DNA from: Eledone cirrhosa
Lineage: Eukaryota
Assembly: GCA_964016885.1 (NCBI GenBank)
Contig: OZ024741.1
Coordinates: 137,950,001-138,014,000 of the forward strand
DNA length: 64,000 bases
Direction of reading: 5' to 3'
Positions 25,758-39,166 of this stretch are shown piece after piece. Both the position numbers and the translations under genes were made by a program. The notes beneath the pieces are model-generated. The model worked only from the letters and a program-made list of their open reading frames with translations, did not search any database and was not told the origin of the DNA. Within the stretch, counting starts at the first letter, position 1, and the number at the start of each line of letters is the position of its first letter.

Positions 25758-27997
25758 CCTTGAATCTCAGTCATTGATGTTGGTTAACTGGAAAGTCCGT
25801 TGGATTGAATATCAAGCCACTACCTGCAGCCTCAGATATTCAGGACGTATCGGAGGGTTCTTGCTGTTCCAAGCAAGTATGCCTTTTGAAGCGTTCCAAA
25901 AAGCGTAAAGGGGCCGATTTTCTTTAACCATCCCTGGAAACTTTTGGAGATAGTCCCCAGTGCGCCTATGACAATCGGGATCACTTTGACTTCATGGCAG
26001 CTCCAAATCCTTTTCACCTCCCACTTTAGGTCCTGGTATCGGTTAATTTTCTCCCTCTCCTTCTCTTGCACTCTCGTGTCGAACGGGCAGGCCACATCCA
26101 CAATCAGACACGATCTTTTTTCTTTGTCCACAACCACCAGGTCAGGTCTATTGTGTTCCAGTTTTTTGTCCGTCTGTATCCTAAAATCCCACAGCACCTT
26201 CACCTGATTGTTCTCCATCACCGCCTCTGGCCTATGCTCATACCATTTCTCAGAATGTGGTAAATTGTTTACTTTGCACAGGTGCCAGTGGATCACCCTG
26301 CCCATCACATCGTGTCTCCAGCCCTTATAGTGGGTCTGGGCTAGGTGTTTACACTCGGACACAATGTGAGCCACAGTCTCCTCTCTCTCTCCACAGATCC
26401 TGCACAGTGGGCTAGCCTCCTCCTTGTAGATATGGTGCTTCAACCACTTCGTTTTGAGGGCCTGCTCCTGCGCAGCCATTAGCATTCCTTCTGTAGCCTT
26501 TTTGAGGTCTCCTCTTCTCAACCAGTTCCATGTCTGTGGATCTCTAAATTCAGTTTTCTCAAAGAAGGTACTATAAAGGGATTTTCCCTTAAGGCTGCTC
26601 TTCCTCCTTGATGTTATTTCCTCCTTGGACATCCCCTGGCCTACTGTCCCCTCCTTCAGTACAGTTCTGAGCATTGGCTCCTTACTATAGGTCACGTATT
26701 TGTATAGGTTGTTTTTCTCCATCTGAACACAGTCCTCTATGCTGATAAGACCTCTTCCACCCTCAGATCTCCTTAGGTAGAGTCTATCGACATCACTCCT
26801 CTTGTGGAACATGTTGTAGATAGTCAATAGCTTCCTAGTCTTCCTATCCATTTCTTTTTGTTCAGCAACATTCCATCTCAGAATTCCCGCACTGTACCTA
26901 ATAATAGACACAGCTCGGGAATTTACTGCGCTTATGGCATTTCTGCTGTTCAGATGTGACTTCAATACGCTCCTTACTCTCCGAATGTATTCAGTTCTTA
27001 ACAATTCCTTCATTTTTTTGTTCTTTATGCCATCAGCCTCCAGAACGCCCAAATACTTGTATCCTTCCTCAGAGTCAATTTCCTTTATCATCTCACCTGT
27101 TGGTATCTGGATCCCGTTACTTCTGCTCAACCTACCCCTCTTCATCACAATGACTCCACATTTACCAATACCAAACTGCATACATATATCACTGCTGAAA
27201 ATACGGACAGTGTCAACAAGCACATCCAACTCCTTCTCACTTTTCCCGAAGAGCTTAAGATCGTCCATGAAGAGGAGGTGATTGATGGTAAGCTCTCCCC
27301 TTCCCAACTTGTATCCTGCTCTCACTTTTCGCAGCATAATGGTCAAGGGCATCAGGGCAAGGACAAACAACAGAGGGGACAGGCTATCTCCCTGGAAGAT
27401 ACCTCTCTTGATCTTCACGCTTCCCAAGGATACTCCAGTTGATGTCAACTCTGTCTCCCAGGACCCCATACTCCTGCCTAGCAACTGTCTGATGTTATCT
27501 GCCACCCTGAAGATCTCCAGGCTTTTGGTGATCCAGGAATGAGGCACCATGTCAAATGCCTTTCTGTAGTCTATCCATCCCATGGCAAGATCAGTGTGTC
27601 TCCTCCTGCAATTCCCCATTACCATCTTATCAATAAGTAACTGGTCCTTTGTACCACGTGACTTCTTTCGGCATCCTTTCTGTTCGTCCGGTAACAAGTT
27701 GTTTGTGTGGAGGTGATGGTAGATTTCCTCAGACACAATGCTCGTCAACAGTTTCCACATTACGGACAGACATGTGATAGGTCTATAGTTGGTAACATCA
27801 TTACCCTTGATTCGGCCTTTCATTATCAGAACTGTGGTACCTTTTGTCAACCACTCTAGCACCTCACCCGACACCAAGCAGTCATTGAACATGGCCGTCA
27901 GCTTCGGGTGGAGGGATGTTAAATGTTTAATCCAATACCCCTGCACACCATCTGGTCCTGGTGATTTCCAGTTGGTTAGTTTTTTGGCTTGCCCCTT
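25758..27997 (-). mobile_element. R4/Dong-like LINE family A, 5'-truncated, young
   Basis: Uninterrupted ORF plus a 3' UTR of about 75 nt ending in (TAA)n. (TTA)n at 25714-25757 and 27998-28045. Confidence 0.95.
25832..27997 (-). CDS. Reverse transcriptase + CCHC + restriction-like endonuclease (5'-truncated, frame open)
   Basis: KSPGPDG, NYRPITCL, WIDYRKAFD, GIFQGDSLSP, LFMDD, YKYLG, CRICG..ETVAHIVSEC, RHD and RPD..D..K..Y. The leading poly-Ile is the (TAA)n tract. Confidence 0.92.
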   Translation of the reverse strand, partial: KGQAKKLTNWKSPGPDGVQGYWIKHLTSLHPKLTAMFNDCLVSGEVLEWLTKGTTVLIMKGRIKGNDVTNYRPITCLSVMWKLLTSIVSEEIYHHLHTNNLLPDEQKGCRKKSRGTKDQLLIDKMVMGNCRRRHTDLAMGWIDYRKAFDMVPHSWITKSLEIFRVADNIRQLLGRSMGSWETELTSTGVSLGSVKIKRGIFQGDSLSPLLFVLALMPLTIMLRKVRAGYKLGRGELTINHLLFMDDLKLFGKSEKELDVLVDTVRIFSSDICMQFGIGKCGVIVMKRGRLSRSNGIQIPTGEMIKEIDSEEGYKYLGVLEADGIKNKKMKELLRTEYIRRVRSVLKSHLNSRNAISAVNSRAVSIIRYSAGILRWNVAEQKEMDRKTRKLLTIYNMFHKRSDVDRLYLRRSEGGRGLISIEDCVQMEKNNLYKYVTYSKEPMLRTVLKEGTVGQGMSKEEITSRRKSSLKGKSLYSTFFEKTEFRDPQTWNWLRRGDLKKATEGMLMAAQEQALKTKWLKHHIYKEEASPLCRICGEREETVAHIVSECKHLAQTHYKGWRHDVMGRVIHWHLCKVNNLPHSEKWYEHRPEAVMENNQVKVLWDFRIQTDKKLEHNRPDLVVVDKEKRSCLIVDVACPFDTRVQEKEREKINRYQDLKWEVKRIWSCHEVKVIPIVIGALGTISKSFQGWLKKIGPFTLFGTLQKAYLLGTARTLRYVLNI

Positions 27998-27998
27998 A

Positions 27999-28040
<42 letters not shown>

Positions 28041-28049
28041 GTTATTTCT

Positions 28050-28429
28050 CTTTGAGTCTCAGTCATTAATGTTAGTTAACTGGAAAGTTTGTTGAAATGA
28101 ATATCAAGCCACTACCTGCAGCCTCAGATATTCAGGACGTATCGGAGGGTTCTTGCTGTTCCCAGCAAGCATGCCTTTTGAAGCGTTCCAAAAAGCGTGA
28201 AGCGGCCAATTTTCTTTAACCAACCTTAGAGACTTTTTGAGGTTGTCCCTATTGCGCCTATGACAATCGGGATCACTTTGACTTCATGGCAGTTCCAAAT
28301 CCTTTTTACCTCCCACTTTAAGTCCTGGTATCGGTTAATTTTCTCCCTCTCCTTCTCTTGCACTCTCGTGTCGAATGGGCAGGCCACATCCACAATCAGG
28401 CACGATCTTTTTTCTTTGTCCAAAACCAC

Positions 28430-28430
<1 letters not shown>
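28050..28430 (-). mobile_element. R4/Dong-like LINE family A, 380-bp 3' fragment
   Basis: VVLDKEKRSCLIVDVACPFD.. plus the 3' UTR, followed by (ATT)n at 28431-28501. Confidence 0.93.
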
Positions 28431-28501
<71 letters not shown>

Positions 28502-29062
28502 CGGTGCTGGCCTTGTGCCTAAAGTAGAAACAATTATTATTATCGGTGGATTGACAGAATCGGTAGAGCGTCGGACAACATGCTTCTCGGCATGTAGTTA
28601 TGGTACTTATAGTTCAGAGTTCAAACCCCGCCGAGGTTAACTTTGCCTTTCATCTTTACGGGGTCGATAAAATAAGGTACCAGTAATGTACTGGATTAAT
28701 TAGCATTGGCTTTCATCTTCATGCGGTCGATGAAATAAGCACCAGTAACAGATTAGGGTCGGTTTCATCGACTTTCCCCCGCCCTTTCAAATTGCTGGCT
28801 TTGTGCTTAAAGTAAAAACAATTATTATTATTATTAGCAGTGGATTGGAACACTCGATACAGCGCCAGACAACATGCTTCACGGCATGTAGTTATGGAAC
28901 TTTACGTTCTGAGTTCAAATCTCGCCGAGGTTAGCTTTACCATTCATCCTTATGGGGTCGATAATGTAAATCACCAGTGAATACTGGGGTCGATTCAATC
29001 AACTTTCTCCTCCGCTAAACTCGCTGGCCTTGTGCCTATAGTAGAAATTACTATTATTGTTA
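28502..29062 (+). mobile_element. Tandem cluster of SINE family 1 copies and fragments
   Basis: Tail fragment 28505-28540, then copies starting near 28545 and 28840 with a partial core duplication between them. ATT-rich junctions. Confidence 0.85.
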
Positions 29063-29136
29063 TTGTAGTTGACATTCTTTTTGTTATAGATTATGATGAC
29101 AGCATGTCTTGGATAATAGTTTAGTGAACAGAATAA

Positions 29137-29213
<77 letters not shown>

Positions 29214-30699
29214 ACTCTCTCTATCTATCTATCTTTCTCTTTCTTTGCCTTCTACATTCAATAATCCTTAGTTTGAAATGAAAAGCATACTGTAAGCATA
29301 GCTAACAAGGAGTTTACTTTCGTTTAACTTCTCATGAATCGTGTATAACCAACCCTCCTCCACAGCGTATTTGTGACAATATGTTCTGTTTGGTTCCCAA
29401 TTAAAAACGCATCAAATGTACATATTTTATCAATTTGCTCAAGAGCTTACCTCTAAGGATATATGCGGCCAGTGTTTACATATTTGGTTCGGCAAATAAA
29501 TGCTGCTAATATAATGCAGGCGGTTCTTTCAAAGATGTATCTTCATAAATATTTGCCTTTTTCACTCTAAAAAAATCTATAAATAAGAGAGTATAGATAT
29601 CTCTCTGAGGTGGCGACAACGGAATCCGGAAGAAGTGGTTAAGATTTCGGTATTATATCTAGAAATCTGTTTTTAATCTTGTAATATTTTATGGTGTGTG
29701 TGTGTGTGGGGGTGGTGGTGGGGGGTGCATGCATGTGGTTAATGTTTCCCTCATAATCCCGTTGATTCACATTATACAGGTTTCTAGCATCTAACTTTAA
29801 TTCATATTCTGTATATATATATATATATCCATGTAGCTACCAGCATAGAACAGCTTATTTAAATTGATGTGAATCCATTCGGGATTTAATAGAAAATGTT
29901 CAACATAAGTTGAGATTTAATTTTTTAGATTTTGTTGGTACAATCCATTCATTCGCATATAAAACTTTAGATTCAAGAAAGGAAATGAAAGTAACTGATC
30001 GTCAGATGGGACCAAACAAATGGATCTCATTGGCCTTTCAGATCGGTCTAGGGAAAAGATATAAATTGTTCTTTCCTTTGCTGACAACATTTGTTGCAGC
30101 TCCTGGCAGACGAAATGAAAGGAGCTGATTACCAAATCGGGAATGAGAAACAATATTCTTATTTGTCTTTCCATTGTGCAGACGCGTCCGCACATTTCTC
30201 TTGACAGACCTTGGACCCAGACTGCAGAGAACCGGAATAGATACTTCAAACTTCTGAGTTCATTTTAACGACTATGCCAATGTACAACTTATATAAAAAC
30301 GTTTGAAAAATATATCGAAAAGTATTATATCTTAGAAATACATTTTCGAGAACGAAACTGAAAATAATGTGAATTTTTGTTTACAAAATAGGAACAAAAA
30401 TCATATCCATCTAATTCCTTTCCTCTGTCGGTGAACATTCTACTCCACGCAGTTAACTCATAAATTCTGTTTAACTTATATAAATAGAAAATGCTAACTT
30501 AATTTCCACCCATTGGAAATCAAATTAACACTTCTGGTGCCAGCATATTAATTGGGGGAAACTCGAAAGTTATTGGGTGTGTATTTCTGGTTCACTGTAA
30601 CGATTTTACCAGATTTACACATATTTAATCTGAAATCTATAAAGTTTGAAATAAAATAAAATACTTCATATTATATATGTCTGTTGAACTGTTAAACTT

Positions 30700-31081
30700 T
30701 TGGCAGTATCGGTAGAGGGTCGGACGCCATGCTTTGTAGCACAGTTACATCCTTTACGGACTGAGTTCAAATCCCGCCGAGGTTAACTTTGCCTTTCATC
30801 CTTATGGGGTCGATAAAATAAAGTACCAGTAATGTACCAGTAATGTACCAGTAATACACTGGGTAAATGCTGGCCTTGTGCCAAGTGTAGAAACAATTAT
30901 TGCCTGGAAGTATCGGTAGAGGTTCGGATATGCTTTCCAGCATAGTTACGTCCCTTTACGATCTGAGTTCAAATCCCGCCGAGGTTAACTTTGCCTTTCA
31001 TCCCTACGGGGTCGATAAAATAAAGTACCAGTAATGTAATAGTTAATTGCTGGCCTTCTGCCAAAAGTAGAAACAATTATT
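30700..31081 (+). mobile_element. Two tandem SINE family 1 copies
   Basis: 30700-30901 and 30905-31081. Both have the B box GAGTTCAAATCCC, the core and the AGAAACAATTAT tail. Confidence 0.9.
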
Positions 31082-31529
31082 TCATATTCTCTATTTTAGA
31101 GTAATCTGTAGATTCTCAGATGTTCTTCTGTTATTGGTCTTGGTCAGTAGACAACGGTCATGCTGTGGCATCGCTTTAAAATTTTCCAGTTAATCCTTAG
31201 TAAGTATTTTAATGCCTGGTACATATTCTATCGATCTGTAACTGCTAACAAGCTAAAATACGAGAATAAGAATGACAATAATGACACACATTAACAAGCT
31301 AACACATATACACACAAACAGACACACTAACACACACACACACAAACAGAAATACAAAAACACACATACAGACACATTAACACACACACTAATACATACA
31401 CAAATACACACATGCAGTCACACACACACACACATTGAATATATGTAAACTGAATGCAATGTTTTTCAGATTTTATTAATTTGTCTGATCATGACAATTC
31501 TTAAGCACCCACATATGTCACTTGGTTTT

Positions 31530-31832
31530 GCACCTTGGTTTTGCACCTAGAAATTGTCCCTCCGAGGCACATGGGCAAGATTTGTTTTGGAAGACCAGCA
31601 GTCACCCATGCCTATCAGCCTCCCATCTCCACATCACAGATGTTGTCCAAGAGAAAGGTAATGACCGATAAGCTGAGCACCAGTGACGTCGCAACTCATT
31701 TCTATAGCTGAGTAAACTGGAGCAACGTGAAATATAGTGTCTTGCTCAAGGTCACAACGCATCACCCGATACGAGAACTGAACACTCAATCTCTCAATTG
31801 CAAGCCCAACGCTGTAACCACTAAGCCATGCA
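31530..31832 (-). mobile_element. CORE-like SINE, family 2
   Basis: The minus strand begins CATGGCTTAGTGGTTA (A box) and contains TGTGACCTTGAGCAAGACACT. Confidence 0.8.
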
Positions 31833-31857
31833 TGAAAATAATATCAGTAATAATACT

Positions 31858-32075
31858 GATTTTTAGTATAGGCACAAGGCCAGTAATTTGGGGGGTTGGG
31901 AAAGTCGATTGGATCGACCCAGTACGTTACTGGTGCTTTATTTTATCGACTTTATTTTAAGGATGAAAGGCAAAATTAACCTCGGTGGGATTTAAACTCA
32001 GACTGTAAAGGACCGTAACTCTATGTGGCAAAGCATGGTATCCGACTCTCTACCGATACTGCCAATCCACCGTCC
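31858..32075 (-). mobile_element. SINE family 1
   Basis: Reverse complement of head, core and tail. Confidence 0.85.
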
Positions 32076-32646
32076 TTATATTAATAATTGTTCTACTTTT
32101 TGGCACAAGTCCCTAATATTAATAATAATACTAATATAGAGAAATCTTGGAAGAAGTGGTTGAAGAGAAAGTAGGCGAAGGTAAAATGGATGAAGAAAAA
32201 AGTGTCTGAGAAGAATGTATGTACGAAAGAGAGTAAGATAAAGAAAATATCCAAAAGAAAGGATGAAATAGAATAACAATAAGAAATGATGTCTCTCGTC
32301 CGAAAGTACACACAACACTGCTAAATCAATCCAAAATGAATGTATAACTGGTCGAAACTGATAAACACGTAATTAAATTTTTCAGTTTCTTACATGAAAT
32401 ATAAATTACTTTTCTTCATCCTAATTACCTTAGGTTTCATAGGATCATATGTCTTTTAATTACAGTTATATGTCTTGATCTAACTAAAGAATTTACTATA
32501 AACCTTATTTCCTAGATTTAATATCTTCATTACATGATTTTACTTTAATTGCGATTTCATTATTTTCACACGAATTGCCTTCCATAGTTATGTTCTACAG
32601 ATGGATGCAAATACGAAACACCATACGCAAGTAGATATTCAGAGGC

Positions 32647-32710
<64 letters not shown>

Positions 32711-33096
32711 AATACATTATCGGAGAAAGCTTTTAGCGATACTCCGGCCAAATTCCAACTCACTCAACAAGCATTAGGAAACAAGCATTAGGAAATATAT
32801 CTCTTCCCAGGCGGACGTCTCGTTTCATTATAAGATTCCTACAATTTGTGTGAAATTATACCAATTTATGTAGGAGCTTGTATAAGATCAACAGATACAT
32901 ATCCAAGTGGGCTCTTATAATTCTTCAGTAGGTGCCCAATAATACTAATATTGATAATCTAACCAATATCAGTATTTAGCGATAATCACCATCAGTGCCC
33001 GAGGTATCTGTTAGGTTGCCACTCCAGCAGTTCTAAATAAATACTCAAACTGATTAAAAAATGAGGAAGTATATTACCGCCAAAACATGCCTAATA

Positions 33097-33177
<81 letters not shown>

Positions 33178-33252
33178 AAAATGCAACTGTATTCTTATTT
33201 AAAAAAAATATATATATATTTATTTGGTTCCTTTACCGGTTTCGCAGTTCTT

Positions 33253-33302
<50 letters not shown>

Positions 33303-33352
33303 GTGTGTGTGTCTGTGTCTGTGTGTGTATATATATATATATATGTATACAG

Positions 33353-33408
<56 letters not shown>

Positions 33409-33443
33409 CTGTGTCTGTATATATATATATATATATATTTACA

Positions 33444-33520
<77 letters not shown>

Positions 33521-33525
33521 ACACG

Positions 33526-33564
<39 letters not shown>

Positions 33565-35435
33565 ACATATCTCTCTATATATATGTGTGCACCCATACGC
33601 ATGTATGATAATATACACAAAAAGACATACACTCACACATGCAGACTGAAACAGGGAAAGGGTAAGTTGAACATCATTCAGTCATTACATCATTGTTGAA
33701 GAGATCATTAACTAACTAAATATTGAATGGCCATAATTTAAAACTGCAACAACGTAATGCTTACATTCACTGGTTTTCGAGTATACTGACCGACCGTCTG
33801 ACACGCGCATCCTCATCCATCTCTGACAAACACACATACGGACACAGACACAGTCACATAGGCATATACTCGGTTTTATTGTGTACAACGTATGTTGGCA
33901 ATAGAAGACAATTTCAAATATATGAACTGTAAAACGTAGATAGAAACTTCACTAATGAAGCTTCGTAGACAAGTCAATTTCAAGTAAAGTATCAAGTACT
34001 TGTGCACGTGAGAGTTACCGTCTTATAAATTCATAATTACGGCCTGTTAAATAGCATTTCTACCGTCTGTCTACTTGCGAGAAATAGCAGTCATATCTCC
34101 TTCATTACACATGGTTTTATCCTACAAAATGACGTACAATTTTTCAAGGCGTTTGTTTGGAAAAAGGAAAAGATGACAACAGAGGAAATGTTTTATTATA
34201 AATTTGATCGACCATGGCTGACGTGGCCCTAAAGACCAAAATTAACCATTCGGTTGTAGATATATTTATCCAAAGCCAACGTGGAACTAATTAACAATAA
34301 CGGTAAACAGCACAGTAACAGAAATGAGAAATATCCTTTGTTCAGTATTAAAATAATATGTAGAATTGCCTGAATTGTATTTGTTGGACAATCACAGGAC
34401 ATGGTCTCCAGACACGATATGTGGAAGAATACAACAAAGATTCAGTAGTGCATATTCTAGTCAATTATATAATACTAAATAAAAGCAGTGTGCAAAGGAA
34501 TATGGTTCAAAACGACTTGAAAATAGCAGATGCAATTGCATATCTCTATTAATTATACATGTCAGCAATACCAGAAGCAAATAAAAAGCCAGTTTGTAGT
34601 CACTCAACCGGTCTTTTCTACTCAATATCATTTTTCCCTCGGTGATCCCTGTGAAATGCAAACTTAACAACCCCGTCTTTTAAGCTACTTAAAAGTTATT
34701 CAACAACTGAAAGTGACCCGTGTTCTACAATCAAAGCTGCATATTTTTAAGTGTTTTTATTATATAAAATTTTTCTAATATAAATTTATGTAAGAGCCAT
34801 TGTTTAGTTATGCCCGAAGCACCTGTTTAAACACTATCTAAATCTCCACAAATTCCTGTTTTGTTTTTTTGTTGCAAAACATTTGAAAATGATAGGCAGT
34901 GTCTTTCTGTAGAAACATGGTTAAGCTTTACTATACCCAATGACTTACATCCAATTTGAAATTCTGCAACTCAATTGCAGCTAATTCTAACAGGTAAAAC
35001 GATCACGTAGAGTCTGTGTATTTGACAGAACCCTACTCTATGTTTGTAACCTGGCTGACAAAACCTAAAATAATTGGATTTGAGCAGAAATATTCATGCG
35101 ATGTATCTTCTACATTCCAGTATATTTTACAGACTTAATAAAAAATTATTATTTTAGACACATATATGCCTTCACTTCACTTAGGTACTGGTGTCGTTTC
35201 ACAGACAACGCAATGTTTTATAAGTTGTTCCAACTTTTCAAACATTCTTAAAACGTACATTTTTTCTTGTTGTCTCCTTTCTATTCTTTAATGTATCTTA
35301 TCTTATTATATTCATATTGCTTTTCTTAACAAACTATTGTCTGTTAATCATTATTTTTTTCTTACTTTTTACCTTTTTATTTTTAACTTTTATAGTTAGT
35401 TGATTTATTAAATAGACAGTGAAAGAGAGAAATGG

Positions 35436-35562
<127 letters not shown>

Positions 35563-35648
35563 TATGGGTGTATGTGTATGTTTATGTGTATACATTCGTA
35601 TGGGTACGAATATATATGCATGGGTATCTATATCCATGTATATATATG

Positions 35649-35700
<52 letters not shown>

Positions 35701-37180
35701 GTATATATATAATTGCATATGTATATGTATATATATATGTGCGTGTGTGTATGAATAAAAGTGAAAGCACATAATGCGAAAATATATATATATATGGAGA
35801 GAGAAGAAGCGACATGTTTTGAATACGGAGACCTAATTAAAATCATATTTTCTAACATAATTCATGTCGACACCAAAGTAAAAGAAATATATAGATGCCA
35901 AAACAAAAAAAAGTATATATGAATATATAATGGAGATTGATGGGTAAATATTCAATAAAAGATCGTGAGAAAAAAGATTAGGCTCTATGAAAGATTCCTA
36001 GTACAAACGTTAATTCTTATCTTGATCTAGCAATTAACAAAGCTACCTTACATGAAAAATGAGATTTCCTTCAGTTAGGACAATTATATCACAATATAAA
36101 TTATTTATATATATATATATACTGACAATAATATTGATAGACAACCTTACATACAAACTCAACATCCATACACACCCATGCATAGGCGTGCGTGTTGGAC
36201 TTTCGTCGGTTACGTCGTCGAGTGCCTCAGTTGTTCGAGAGACGCAATAGTCTGATCATGAAATAAACGTGTAATAAACTGAGAATTCCACAGGTTCGGG
36301 TACCCTAAACTTATTTCTAAAGGAGATTCAGCTTCTACACTGTGCCACAAGGCTTGCCTTTTTGATTTGGCGTGCAGCTAATGAATGTGGACATTGTTAG
36401 CTTTACATAAAATACATTAACCAGTTGGTAGTTAGAAATCCGTTATCAACAATGTGACGGAAGAATGTTATATGTGTTGCACACCGGAACGTGTGTAGGA
36501 AAGAGGCCTCAGATCAGTGGAAGTTAGCAGAACGTGAGCCGCTTTCATGTGCCAGCGTGTTTGATGTAGGTCGTGCTTCAAATAAGCTACTCAAATTTTG
36601 TTTTGGCTAAACTTAGAATGTGGATGTGTTTATCATCACCGTGCCTGATAGAACTGACGAATAATGACACCCTGTGTAACTCTTCTCGGAAGGTAGATAC
36701 TCAATAAATGTTATGACTAAAAGAAAATGTGTGTATGTGTGCAAGATTTCACAACGTCTTCGAACTTTACTAACATTGCAAAAAGTTGTGATATTATATT
36801 CTTCCGAGAGACAGTGATGGCATATTCTGAAAAGTTTAATAATGTAAAGCAAAATGTTGAAATTTGTAATGTTTACAAACATGAGTTAGAGGAACGCACC
36901 CCCCACACCCCAAATACGTCTTATAGAAATGAAAGCTCATAATTCTTGAATACATGACAGACGCGGTAACTATTATATCAACGTGAACAGATAACCTCTG
37001 ACCAGTTAATGTACTATCTATAAATCTATCTGTTCATAGAAGGACATCGCCATTGTCGCAACCAAATGACTGACACAAATAAAATAATGAAACAATGTGT
37101 AATTTACTAACACTCAGCTCTCTATCTGCCAGTCAATCTGCGTGTCTGTTTCCTTCTACTCTGTCTCTCTCTATATAAAT

Positions 37181-37342
37181 ATAATTGTTTCTACTTTTTG
37201 TACAAGGCCAGCAATTAACCAAGTACATTAATGCTGCTTTATTTTATCGACCCCGTAAGGATGACAGGTAAAGCTGACCTCGGCAGGATTTGAACTCAGA
37301 ACGTAAAGCATGGTGTCTGACGCTCTACCGATAATGCCAATT
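37181..37342 (-). mobile_element. SINE family 1
   Basis: TTTATCGACCCCGTAAGGATGACAGGTAAAGCTGACCTCGGCAGGATTTGAACTCAG. Confidence 0.85.
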
Positions 37343-37444
37343 CCTTATATATATATATATCAATATATGTATAGTATATTTGGCAATATACTGTATGCTT
37401 AATTAAAAACATTTTGAAGACCTTGCGCTATTATATATATATAT

Positions 37445-37780
37445 ATTATAAAATAACAGGAGGCTGGACTGATGTAATTCTTTAAAAGGTTTATTATACT
37501 ATGATCATTTCAATGACCGGGTTCAGTATGAATCCGGTCACATCATCAGGTATTCGAAATAGGAACATAATAGACAAAATCCATGGGCGGCCAACCGGGG
37601 TAGAAGCTGCTAAATGTTCGGTCGCCCTCATGTCTCTGATTTTCAGCCACATTTTATCTATTATATTCCTTTGTTATATTTCGAATAACTGATGATGTCA
37701 CCGAATTCATACTGAAATGATCATAGTATAATAATCCTTTTAAGGAATTACACCAGTCCAGCCTCCTGTTATTTTATAAT
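37445..37780. repeat. Inverted pair of hammerhead-bearing (pLTR-like) repeats
   Basis: 37445-37561 is the reverse complement of 37677-37780. The right copy lacks 13 nt of stem II. Confidence 0.88.
37496..37553 (-). ncRNA. Type I hammerhead ribozyme (stem III palindrome UGAUCA)
   Basis: AUAC-CUGAUGA-UG-UGACCGG..CCGGUCA-UU-GAAA-UGAUCA-UA^-GUAU. Confidence 0.8.
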
Positions 37781-39099
37781 AATTAACTATGTACCCCGCA
37801 CCCCCAACTACACACACGAAGACGGGTGAGTTGCATTACGTCAAGTGTTCTCCATAATATTACATCGGGGTTAACCATACGGAATGACCAGTTCTATCCA
37901 TTGGTGAAGCAACAAACCTAAATATATATATATATATATATTTCTTTTGCGAGGTTTTTAATATGAAATCGTGTGTCGAAACAAATATTGTTATACTTGG
38001 GGAGGGTCACATTGTTGTAATAATATTGCCAGAAATAATAACAGAACACACTCACTGTTTGGTTGGTTTTCGCTTCTGTATCTTTTATATCTCCACAGTT
38101 AATTCATTCAGTCCTCAATGTTTACCATTGACTGACCAACGGTAAAAAATACAGATATAATACAGATATAAACACATATATATAGTCTAACAATGTTATT
38201 TCGTTGCACATCTGCAACATCATCAGTGGTACTATTATGTTCCTCCTGTTGTATTGTATATTTACGCCATATTCATTTAATCTGTTTATTTATTTATTTT
38301 TGTCTTCTTCCTTGCGCATGCGTTTGCATGTGTGTATAGTTGTATTGTATATCCACGCCATCTTTATTTTATTTATTTTTGTCTTCTCTGCGCATGCGTT
38401 TGCGTGTATGTTTACTATTTGGTGTGTGTTCGCGTTTAGGTGACTGTGTTTGGGTTATTGTATTCTATCTTAGTTTACTAGTGTGTGTTTATATGTGTTT
38501 GTTGTTATTTTGCTTGTGTATTTATTTATTTATTTATTTATATTTCTCATAAGTCAGTATTGTTTGTTTGGCTGTTGTTGTTATTCCATTCATTTTTTTC
38601 TGTTTAGCTTTAGCCTTCTAAGCTCTATTTCGCTTGGCTCTCTGATTTGCCTATCTGCTGAGTCATTTCTATGTTTAGATATTATTTTAATTTCTATGTT
38701 GTCTATGTTACCGTCATGTTGTTGTCTGGCGTGTTCGTATAGTACTGAATCGTTTTTTCGTCCTTTTAGTTGTCATGTTTCTGCAAGTACCCTCTGTACA
38801 TCTTACGCTGTAGACTACGTTTCTAGTTTTACAGTTTATCCGGGGGTTTACTTTACATTTCCTATTAGTACAGTGGGTTTTCTTAAAAGGGTATGTTTGC
38901 TGATCAGTGATGTTATGATAGTTCATTGCTTTTCTACCACTTTAATCTTTATATATATATATATATATATAATGTAGGAGGTGAATTTTATTGTAGTACA
39001 ATAAAGCAATGCAGATATCGGATAAGAAGCACTCTACAGTTTGTAGGACTGGAGTATACATAATATAAGATCAAAAGATGGTTAAAGGAGTTCCATGTA

Positions 39100-39166
39100 T
39101 TTTATTATGCGCATTTCAAAAACAAACATCATCATGCAATAATATTTGTGTTTTCATCAGATAAAA
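39100..39166 (-). ncRNA. Type I hammerhead ribozyme (stem III palindrome UGCGCA)
   Basis: Reverse complement of the motif at 40349-40415. Confidence 0.82.

Noticed and set aside
25944-28055. Plus-strand ORFs overlapping the Dong-like RT (also 60311-61828 and those opposite the Penelope ORF)
   Set aside because: Antisense shadows with no recognisable motifs.
27998-28066. N-terminal MTETQREITIIII of the 744-aa ORF
   Set aside because: Read-through from the neighbouring element's 3' UTR and the (TAA)n tract, not a real start.
30700-30790. tRNA gene suggested by A/B boxes
   Set aside because: No cloverleaf. These are SINE heads.
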